A stretch of DNA of 64,000 nt from Calditrichia bacterium. GTDB lineage: Bacteria > Calditrichota > Calditrichia > JAJRVZ01. Both the position numbers and the translations under genes were made by a program. Positions 11,483-19,677 of the stretch are shown one piece after another; within the stretch, counting starts at the first letter, position 1, and every line of letters begins with the position of its first letter. The notes below the pieces were generated by a model. That model was not told where the DNA came from, ran no database searches, and was given only the letters and a program-made list of their open reading frames with translations. The stretch is taken from positions 64,001 to 128,000 of the forward strand of contig CAWCNS010000008.1 of the NCBI GenBank assembly GCA_963796965.1, in the 5' to 3' direction.

Positions 11483-12604
11483 TTACAAGTCCCCTTGAAT
11501 GTATACAGATACAGGAATATTCCCTTCCCCATTTACAAATTCTGCATCCGGAACTTCTATTTTAAATGTATGAGTACCAACTGCCAAATTTTCTAACCCA
11601 TAAATTCTGGTGGGAATCTTATCGCCAGGACACCAATTATTCCACGAAGTCCACTCTGATTCAGATCTTGGCGTTGACCCATAAATACCGTTTCCTTGTG
11701 TATTGTATTGCCTAAAGGGTTCGCATGATTTACCGCCAGGCTTGTAAGTGGCAATTAATTTATCATCGAAATAAATATTATGAATTCTTCTATTGTATTC
11801 TTCACCACCGGCATTTGCCCCATGGTTAGAAGTTATTACATACATTTTTACATTTGTCATAGGTGAAGCAACATCTACATTAAATATTCTTACAGTTTGT
11901 CCGGGACTATCAGAATTATTCGAATTATTCAAGCTAGCGAATGTTGCAACAGGTATTATTTGTTGATTTGGTTTTTTTGAATACTTCCCTGATGAATTAA
12001 ATTTTAAAGTTCCCAAAAATACATCATTCCTTCCAGCACATCCCGCTACTTCATTCTGGGCAGCATACGGAACTCCAAAAACACTAAATTCTATCCAAAA
12101 ATCGTATTCGTTTGAAATGTCAGTATCTCTTAAATATTTAGCAATATTACTAATATCAAAAAAATATGGTACTTCGTTTGGATATTTATTTTTATCCATA
12201 AATGGCGTAATAAACCTGGCTATTTCAATTTGACTAACTACAATATCCTCATGGTATGGATATCCCTTTTCTATTAAACTCAAAAATACTTTTCCAATTC
12301 TATCGTAATTATCACATGCAGCCTCAATTATAATTTCCAGTTCCAAACTATCTCCGATGGCCTCAATTTCCGACTTTGTCAATTTCGTAATGTACGAACT
12401 ATTTGATATTCTCTTAATTCCGGAATGATGGATCTCAGAAACTTTTTCAGCATAACCATCATAAAACACCACCATATCAAATAATGTCATATTTGGCGGC
12501 TCTGGAGTTGTCGGGTTTGATTCAACAGGATTGTCTTCGCTACAGTTTGGCAAAATGATAATCAGAAGTAATGTAATAATAATTGACACTATTAATCGTT
12601 TCAT
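11483..12604 (-). CDS. Peptide-N-glycosidase F (PNGase F)-like lipoprotein
   Basis: Hydrophobic leader plus Cys; CDNYDR, EIARFITPF, SNHG..GGEEY and NWCPG match PNGase F family motifs. Confidence 0.8.
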   Translation of the reverse strand: MKRLIVSIIITLLLIIILPNCSEDNPVESNPTTPEPPNMTLFDMVVFYDGYAEKVSEIHHSGIKRISNSSYITKLTKSEIEAIGDSLELEIIIEAACDNYDRIGKVFLSLIEKGYPYHEDIVVSQIEIARFITPFMDKNKYPNEVPYFFDISNIAKYLRDTDISNEYDFWIEFSVFGVPYAAQNEVAGCAGRNDVFLGTLKFNSSGKYSKKPNQQIIPVATFASLNNSNNSDSPGQTVRIFNVDVASPMTNVKMYVITSNHGANAGGEEYNRRIHNIYFDDKLIATYKPGGKSCEPFRQYNTQGNGIYGSTPRSESEWTSWNNWCPGDKIPTRIYGLENLAVGTHTFKIEVPDAEFVNGEGNIPVSVYIQGDL

Positions 12605-12841
12605 AAGTTCCTATTAAATTAATTTTTATAATAACTTTATTTATTTAAGTTTTGCATAGAATTATTAAATTCAAGTTGTGACGATATTTTCGATAATTTA
12701 CTAAAATAACCGCCACATTTGGAAAAAATCTTTACGTTCATTAGAACTCCTTATATTAAGCTTTTTTTTGAGGGTCTTATAGTGTGCCCAGCGGTTGGAA
12801 CAGCATCAGGTTTGGGATCGTTCTTTCGTTACTTATCAGCG

Positions 12842-13336
12842 CTATTTGTGATATAATACAATATTTCGGCCTTGAGTTTCATAAATTGCATTCTCTAAAC
12901 CAGTTTTATGGTCACGGTAGTGCTCCCTATACTTTTTTTGCCAACCACCAGGGCCATATTTTTTATCTAAAAGCTCTATTACCTCTGGCCTACGTAGTAT
13001 CATTGCATAAAGACATAAACTGGTGAACGTAATAAAATCGAGTTCACTCTCCTCATTGAAATATTCGACACCATCAACATCCAAGATAAGCAGTTCCGCT
13101 TCAACCCGAATATTAGTATATTTAGATGATACAACTATACTTTTCTCAGAAACGTCATTCACCATTTCTATTGAATCACTATTCCAGCTACCCTGTTCAG
13201 AGATTAGTAATGATAACACTCTGGAACCATAGGAGAACCCGGCATGTCTAAAACGGCAGTTTTCCCCAAATAGACCGATATCAAAATACTGCTTTTTGGA
13301 GTGATTAGCATAAACGTATTCTATTCCCATAATCAT
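12842..13336 (-). CDS. Hypothetical protein, cassette-like
   Basis: 164-aa ORF; GTTAAGC core site and AGAGGG lie immediately upstream of the start. Confidence 0.65.
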   Translation of the reverse strand: MIMGIEYVYANHSKKQYFDIGLFGENCRFRHAGFSYGSRVLSLLISEQGSWNSDSIEMVNDVSEKSIVVSSKYTNIRVEAELLILDVDGVEYFNEESELDFITFTSLCLYAMILRRPEVIELLDKKYGPGGWQKKYREHYRDHKTGLENAIYETQGRNIVLYHK

Positions 13337-13511
13337 CCCTCTGCTTAACGTAAAGGAAACCGAAAAAACAGCCTTCGGAGTTTTTTAGATTAGATCAATT
13401 TTCTGGTGGATCCTTGATAAATACAATAAAGATTGGAATGAGAGAAATTCTTATAAACCACTTTCTAAATTTTTTCACCTCAGGTTTCCTATTCTTATTT
13501 TTGCTAAAAAT

Positions 13512-15463
13512 TTAATTGTTTTCTTCCATCCAGGACATTGCCTCAAAAACTTTTTTATGATTTCCAGAAAATATGATAGTGTCGTACTTTTCAATACACA
13601 ATTCTGATAGTGCTCGGATCAACACTTTATTCTGACGGATAACACCAATAACGTTCATATCCTTATAGCTAAAAGGATCAAGTTCTCTTAACCTTTTTGA
13701 AACATGTTTTGAATAAGGGCTAATAAAAAACAGCTCATTGTCTTGTTCAATAAAATCAAGTATAGCCTATCTTCCATGCATCACGCGATTCTTGTTTGAA
13801 GAAAAAGCGATAATGTTCTTTTCTTAATAAATTAGTCTGTATGCGTGAAATATGATCGGGCATATTATAAAATTTGAGTATATGATGAATGAATATAAGA
13901 GAGGTTTCCATGTCCTGTGAGAGAACTAAATCAGCACCTAAATTATAAAATGTCTCTACTTGCGTAAGAAAATTGACTCGAACAATTATTTTTACAGAAG
14001 GATTTAAACTTCTGGCCAGTATTATCGATCTTTGTAGCAGCATCCACATCGTTAATGGCAATTACAATTAGTGAAGCCTTTGAGATGCCCATTACATTCA
14101 TATTTGCTTTACGATCTATGCTCCCAAAATGGATGGGTTCACCAATTGATTTATATTTTTTTACGGTTGAAGAATTTAATTCCACTATTAAATAAGGAAT
14201 GTCTAGTAGCTTTAATATGCGACTAATATTTTGACCATTAACACCATAGCCAGCTATAATCGTATGGTTACTAAGCGGTTGTGATTGATCAGATTCAGAA
14301 ATTTCTTTTTTAAGTTTCTCATACGCAGAGATTTTTTTTCCGATTTTTAACGCAAGTGGAATCGAAAACATGCTCAGAATTGCCGCTGATAATAGAATCT
14401 GATGGATATCCTGGTTAAAAATAGTTTGATCCTGTGCTATTCTTAATAGGATAAAGGAAAATTCACCGATATGAGCCAAACCAAATGCTGTTAAAACTCC
14501 CGTGTTCAATGGATTACGAGAAATTAAGAATAATGCTAGAATTAAGATCACTTTTACACAAATTATTATCAAAGTAATCAAGAAAATTTCTGTAAAATGT
14601 GTTATGAAGAAAGAAATATTTACAAACATTCCAATCGATATAAAAAATATTGAATTAAAAATATGCCTCGAGGGGATAATATCTGTATTTATCTGATGTG
14701 CATAATCAGTATCAGAAATAGCAATTCCTACGATAAAGGCACCCATAGCCAAAGTAATACCTAACTCATGGCCGATAAATGCCACACCGAATAGAAACAC
14801 AAAAACGAGTATCGTTAACAAATCCTGTATCTGTAAATTTATAATAAGACTGAATATTTTTGGTAGTATCATTTTGCTGACAAAATAAATGAAAATAACA
14901 CCAGCAAGAGCCCATAAAATATTTATGATAACATTCATGGGTTGAGTTTCGCCCATTTGATTAAAAAATGGAAGTAATATCATAGCCGGAATGATAACCG
15001 CATCCTGAAAAAGAAGGATAGCTGTCATTTTCAATCCTGGAGGGGAATTGAGCTCATCACTATCCTGTAATAATTTTAATACAATAGCGGTACTGCTCAA
15101 CGCCAAAATAAATCCACCCAACACGGCTTGATCTTCTTTCAATCCGTACATGTAAAGTAGAAAAAAGAAAACCAGCCATCCGGATAAAACCTGTAAACCA
15201 CCGAATAGAATAAAGTCTTTTCGAATCTTCAGGATTTTTGCCTTAGAAAATTCTAATCCGATAGTAAACATAAGTAATATGACACCAATTTCAGCCAGAG
15301 TTTCAATTTCTGAAATTGAATCCACTAACTTCAATGCAGATGGGCCAATGATAACGCCGGTAATTAAGAAACCACTAACAGGGGGAATTCTTAATTTTGA
15401 TAGTATCAGAATTATAAGAATAGCGAAAAATAAAATAAGGATAATATCTTTTAATAATACCAT
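13512..15463 (-). CDS. CPA2 cation:proton antiporter (KefB/KefC-like) with TrkA-N and TrkA-C domains; frameshifts at ~14030 and ~13765
   Basis: AEIGVILLMFTIGLEFS, LSSTAIVLK, LLFQD, LAHIGEFSF, IIAGYGVNG; the C-terminus continues in shifted frames to a TAA at 13512-13514. Confidence 0.85.
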
Positions 15464-15585
15464 GATCCAGTATAAATTAAGATGAGTAATTATAGAATAT
15501 TTTGATATCGACAATAATACATTTTAAATACTATAATTAAATATTAGAAATTATTACAATAAAGTTTTAGAAAAAAGTATTTTCG

Positions 15586-15645
15586 GCCTGAAGTAAGAAT
15601 AAGTTGCAGGCTACGAGGCCAGCCAACTTGATGCTTTTGTTATGT
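15586..15645 (-). repeat. attC-like site with degenerate R' box
   Basis: ACATAAC-AAAAG-CATCAAGT ... ACTTATT-CTTAC-TTCAGGC. R'' contains the upstream gene's TAA, spacers are 5 nt, L''/L' pair 6/7 with one extrahelical C, total 60 bp. Confidence 0.6.
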
Positions 15646-16104
15646 GACTTTTTCCACCATTTTCCATCTATCCGGTGTTTTTAGCTTTTTATTTCGGTGA
15701 TAAGTTAATGCTAATGCAATGCATTGCTTTAACTCTTTTACCTTGATATCGTCATTTACGTTGAAATCAATACTCCTGTTTCCCCCAAATTTGAATTTTT
15801 GAGAAAATTTTTCTTTGAATGCCGGAACTAGGTTTGCCGTACATTTAAAGAATATAGAATATTGCTCTTTTTGGGATTCTTTCCAGGCAATCCTTATGGT
15901 GCTTCCAGATTTTGATTTTGGAGTTAGATAACTTGGTTCTCCCCATTTAAGTGTCTCTTCTATTTCTCCAATGCCTTCAATTGATGCAGCTGTGTCATAT
16001 ATTAACTGCCTAAGAAATAACATTTTTGATTCTATTTTTTGAGGATATGAATTAAAAACGACTGCAACTTCTGAATTTATTGGGATATTGGATTGATTAA
16101 CCAT
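15640..16104 (-). CDS. DUF1801 (YdhG-like) domain protein
   Basis: LRQLI, EETLKWGEPSY, GSTIRI, CIALALTYH. Confidence 0.8.
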   Translation of the reverse strand: MVNQSNIPINSEVAVVFNSYPQKIESKMLFLRQLIYDTAASIEGIGEIEETLKWGEPSYLTPKSKSGSTIRIAWKESQKEQYSIFFKCTANLVPAFKEKFSQKFKFGGNRSIDFNVNDDIKVKELKQCIALALTYHRNKKLKTPDRWKMVEKVT

Positions 16105-16124
16105 TTACTTTTTCATCTTTTTGG

Positions 16125-16249
16125 TCACGGCGATTGTGCTAAGCCCCCGGAATGCACAGTGAATGTTTCTATCAATTTTTCTACCACCGGCTCGAGGAAG
16201 AAGCCAAACCCAAGACGCGCTTCCGGTCGGTTTTAGGACTTTGTTACAT
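16125..16249 (-). repeat. Degenerate attC-like site
   Basis: ATGTAAC-AAAGT-CCTAAAAC-CGACCGGAA ... TTCCGGGG-GCTTAGC-ACAATC-GCCGTGA; the arms pair with bulges, R' is decayed. Confidence 0.45.
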
Positions 16250-16262
16250 ACATTTATAGTAT

Positions 16263-16643
16263 CTATGTGTAGATTTTTTTCTTACGACTTAACCACCCCA
16301 AGCCGACAAACAGAGCGAACCATACTAGGGTTCGTAAAATCATAGCGCGGAGGCTTTCAACAGCGATTGGGTTCCCTTCTGTGTAAAGAAAGTAGATAGT
16401 TGCCAGAACGACAAGGTTGAGAACAAAGATAGTTGCAGCCACATACATGCCCTTTTTAAGGATGCGCCAAGTGAAGATACCTGCTGCGACATACACAATG
16501 CCCATTGCTGTGTTAAAAAATAGCAGTGGTCTGAAAACAATATATCCTGGATCGTAACCGAGAAGGACACGAGAGCCTACGATAATTGTTGCAAGACCAA
16601 ATAGTATTGCAACGAGCACTAATATACTTTGAATGACTTTCAT
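16263..16643 (-). CDS. Hypothetical membrane protein (about 4 TM helices)
   Basis: 126-aa hydrophobic ORF with a GGAG RBS. Confidence 0.75.
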   Translation of the reverse strand: MKVIQSILVLVAILFGLATIIVGSRVLLGYDPGYIVFRPLLFFNTAMGIVYVAAGIFTWRILKKGMYVAATIFVLNLVVLATIYFLYTEGNPIAVESLRAMILRTLVWFALFVGLGWLSRKKKIYT

Positions 16644-16798
16644 CTATCTCCCCCTGATTCTGCTTTCTCTTAAAATAAGGTGCATAGCGGCCATCCACAT
16701 TTTTTTATAAACCACCAACTTTGATTGGCGGAAAGTTTTCAGTGATAGGCTAGGCTTATGAATTCTCTTGGAGCATTATTATGTTTCCACAAGAATCC

Positions 16799-17125
16799 TC
16801 AAAGAGATTCTCTAATTTCCATTTTACTTCTACAATCTTCGTCAGAATATTTAGCATAATCATCCGGCTCAAATCCGGGGAGAATAGTTTTATCATTTCT
16901 CGCAAAAGCCAAAGCTCTATAAGCATAAATTCTTTCATCATCAATAATATGTATTAAAACTTCCTTGATTGACCATTTATCTATTGCATATTTGAATTCC
17001 AATTCATTTGTACTTAATGAATTCATAAGTTCTTTAGATTTTTCCAAATTGTCTTTCAACTGCTTTATAAGGCTCCCGTCTCTTTTAACCAATTGCATAT
17101 ACATTTCGGCATACGATGGGTATAA
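16799..17125 (-). pseudogene. DinB-family gene fragment, truncated at both ends
   Basis: YPSYAEMY, KYAIDKWSIKEVLIHIIDDERIYAYRALAFARND, LPGFE; no proper start and the C-terminal His motif is missing. Confidence 0.7.
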
Positions 17126-17150
17126 CCAATCAAGCACCACATCCCTTGCC

Positions 17151-17418
17151 AATATCCAATATTCAATAATCAATCTTCAATTTTCAATTAATCCCGTATC
17201 GCGGATCACGTATCTCAAATCCCCTATTTCCTATCACTTATCCTCCCGTGAAAAGAACCCAACCTTCCGGCCCCCGTAGAACGGGATCTTCGACAGGCTG
17301 CACATCCCCCTAGCCCCCCTTTCTAAGGAGGAATACATCACGCCAGCCCCTATCGCATATCTCATATCCATATCAGCATCCCATATCCCGCATCGCGTAT
17401 CCCACATCCCGTATCTCA
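17151..17418. repeat. Mosaic repeat block: two heptamer families enclosing short hairpins
   Basis: AATnnTC-like x5 (17151-17185); ATCnCnn-like x8 (17191-17246) and about x10 (17352-17418); hairpin cccgtagaacggg (17273-17285); ccccctagcccccctttctaaggagg. Confidence 0.8.
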
Positions 17419-19602
17419 TTGCGTAAACGACGGCGGTGCATTCTCAGGACTGCTCCCCCAGTGTTTGTTCGGTTTTGGGCCCATGGTCAGCACCAAGGAT
17501 CCTCCCTGCTCTAATTCCCCATGATCGAGCCATGGTTTGTTGTGCGGTACCCCATTGAATACCGCGGATTGGATATATTTGTTCTGCGCAGACGTCTGTG
17601 GCGCTTCGATGGTAAAGGTCTTGCCATCGCTCAGCAAAAGCGTTGATATCTTAAACAGGGGACTGGAGATGAGCCAAACGGGATAATTGGGACAGATGAT
17701 CGATGCCGGCTTGATGCCGATGGCCGCATAGACATACCAGAGGGACATTAACCCGCTATCCTCGTCGCCGCAAATACCCAGAGGGCCGTCGCCATACCAG
17801 ATATCCATAATTTCCCGGACGCGTTTCTGGGTTTTCCAGGGCGCGCCGGCGTAATTGTACAGGTAGGGGATGTGCCGGGAGAATTCATTGCCGTGTGCAT
17901 ATTGACCAATCAAACCGGTCTGGTCGGGAAACTGCCCGAGAAAGCGTCCTTTCGCATCCGGCCGTCCGTACTGCGCGAGAAATAAGGCGTCTATCTTTTC
18001 AACAAACTTCCCTCTTCCCCCCATTAAGCTTATAAGACCATTTATATCATGGGGAACATAAAAGGTATAGACCCAGCTGTTCATCTCGGCAAAATAATCC
18101 CTGCCACCGAATCCACCAGACCAGATGGGATCAAAGGGTTCGACCCATTTCCCATCAGCCATTCTCGGGGCCATGAAACCTGTCTCAGGATTAAGAAGAT
18201 ACTGATAATCCAGGGCATGACCACTAAAATAGGCATGGTCCTCATCCTTGCCCAGAGCTTTCGCCAGCTGCGCCAGACACCAGCTTTCATAAGCCGCCTG
18301 GAGGGTGATGGTGACCGATTGCCGTTTTTCAAAATCGTCGACTTCCGGCACCCATTCTTTGGTATTGAGAGGCAAGGCAGGAATATAGCCCTTTTGCAGA
18401 TAAAACCGATCCAACTCCGTCAGGGGACCTGTGCGCCAGGGAATTTTGGTTGTTTCTATAAACTCGGTTTTCATATTCGCATAGGCTTTTTCCACATCAA
18501 AATCACGAATGCCGCGCAGGTACAAATCGGTAATAAAGCTGATGTTGAGATGCTGGAACATGATCTTCTGGCGATGGGTGGATGGCGCTAACTCATCCCT
18601 GGTTTTGGCCGCATAGGCCCGGGCTTGATTGAGTAACGCTTCATCGTTCAGGCGCATGCGCTGCAATAACTTCTTTCCGCCTCCCACTCGGTACAGCGCC
18701 GTATAAAAAATGGTCCGTTCTTTCTCCGATCCACCCTGCACTTCCAGGGTTTTAAAGGAGCGGTTCCAGGCCAATTTGGCATTTGCCTTAATGGCCTCAA
18801 AATCCCAATCGGAAATTTCCTTATCCAGATGGGCGATGGCCTGTTCGACATTTTTATTGGCGATACCGATTTTGATCAGGATCTGCTCCCGCTCTCCAGT
18901 ACTATATGAGGCAAAGGCGCCGATGGTATCACCGCTTTGCTGCCCGGCACCGGAGGCGATCTGGTCGCGGCTCCAGGTTCCGGAAGATTGGACAGGTTTG
19001 CTGAACATGGCGTGAAAATAGGCCCGGCCGCCCCTGGCAAGCTCGTACCCTTCCACAGTAGAATCATCCCGGATTTCCAGGTGCGCGTCTTTTGCCAGGC
19101 TTAAGAGTATATGTGACTTTTCTGATTTGGGGAAGGTGAACCGGTAGAAGACGCAATGGTCCGTGACCGTGCCCTCAACTTCGATATCATGCTTCTCCAG
19201 GTTGATCTTATAATAGTACGGCGTAGAGATTTCAAAATCATGATCAAATCCAGAGGCATTTTCAGCCGGTTGAATATTCAAGTCACCGCAGGAGGGCATG
19301 AGCAGTGCCGTGACCACGTATCTTCGATGCGAGGATTTGTGAAGGGGAAAACCGTAAATCTTATCGGCCAGGTATTTGTCGGTAATGCCTGGTGTCGTGT
19401 AGGGTGCAATTTTGACCATGCCGCCCGGCACTATTACATCCGGAGAAGTGGCGACCAGCAAATGGCCAATGCCGCCGATGTTCGGATTTACATACTCTAC
19501 TGGTGATTTTTTGTCAAATGAACACGCCATCAGCAGGAAAATAAGGCCTGCTAATGACAGGGTGTTGAATGATTTTAATCCCTGTATTCTTTTCATATTC
19601 AT
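17416..19602 (-). CDS. GH92 alpha-mannosidase-family lipoprotein
   Basis: LMAC lipobox; YVNPNIGG, FYTALY, YFAEMNSWVYTFYVPHD, GQYAHGNE, GDEDSG. Confidence 0.88.
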   Translation of the reverse strand: MNMKRIQGLKSFNTLSLAGLIFLLMACSFDKKSPVEYVNPNIGGIGHLLVATSPDVIVPGGMVKIAPYTTPGITDKYLADKIYGFPLHKSSHRRYVVTALLMPSCGDLNIQPAENASGFDHDFEISTPYYYKINLEKHDIEVEGTVTDHCVFYRFTFPKSEKSHILLSLAKDAHLEIRDDSTVEGYELARGGRAYFHAMFSKPVQSSGTWSRDQIASGAGQQSGDTIGAFASYSTGEREQILIKIGIANKNVEQAIAHLDKEISDWDFEAIKANAKLAWNRSFKTLEVQGGSEKERTIFYTALYRVGGGKKLLQRMRLNDEALLNQARAYAAKTRDELAPSTHRQKIMFQHLNISFITDLYLRGIRDFDVEKAYANMKTEFIETTKIPWRTGPLTELDRFYLQKGYIPALPLNTKEWVPEVDDFEKRQSVTITLQAAYESWCLAQLAKALGKDEDHAYFSGHALDYQYLLNPETGFMAPRMADGKWVEPFDPIWSGGFGGRDYFAEMNSWVYTFYVPHDINGLISLMGGRGKFVEKIDALFLAQYGRPDAKGRFLGQFPDQTGLIGQYAHGNEFSRHIPYLYNYAGAPWKTQKRVREIMDIWYGDGPLGICGDEDSGLMSLWYVYAAIGIKPASIICPNYPVWLISSPLFKISTLLLSDGKTFTIEAPQTSAQNKYIQSAVFNGVPHNKPWLDHGELEQGGSLVLTMGPKPNKHWGSSPENAPPSFTQ

Positions 19603-19617
19603 AGATTCCTTTTAATA

Positions 19618-19677
19618 ACCTCCCCCTTATGCCCCTCCTTACAAAGGAGGGGAAATAGGGGGTGGTAATTGTATTCT
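19618..19677. repeat. 60-bp palindromic element, copy 1
   Basis: acctcccccttatgcccctccttacaaaggaggggaaatagggggtggtaattgtattct; 56/60 identical to 22313-22372. Confidence 0.9.

Noticed and set aside
17234..17419. 61-aa ORF MRYGMWDTRCGIWD
   Set aside because: It is a translation of the heptamer repeat.
18049..18591. Long plus-strand ORFs (this one, 30722..31111, 40201..40611, 54304..54705, 59031..59444)
   Set aside because: They are antisense shadows of well-supported minus-strand genes.
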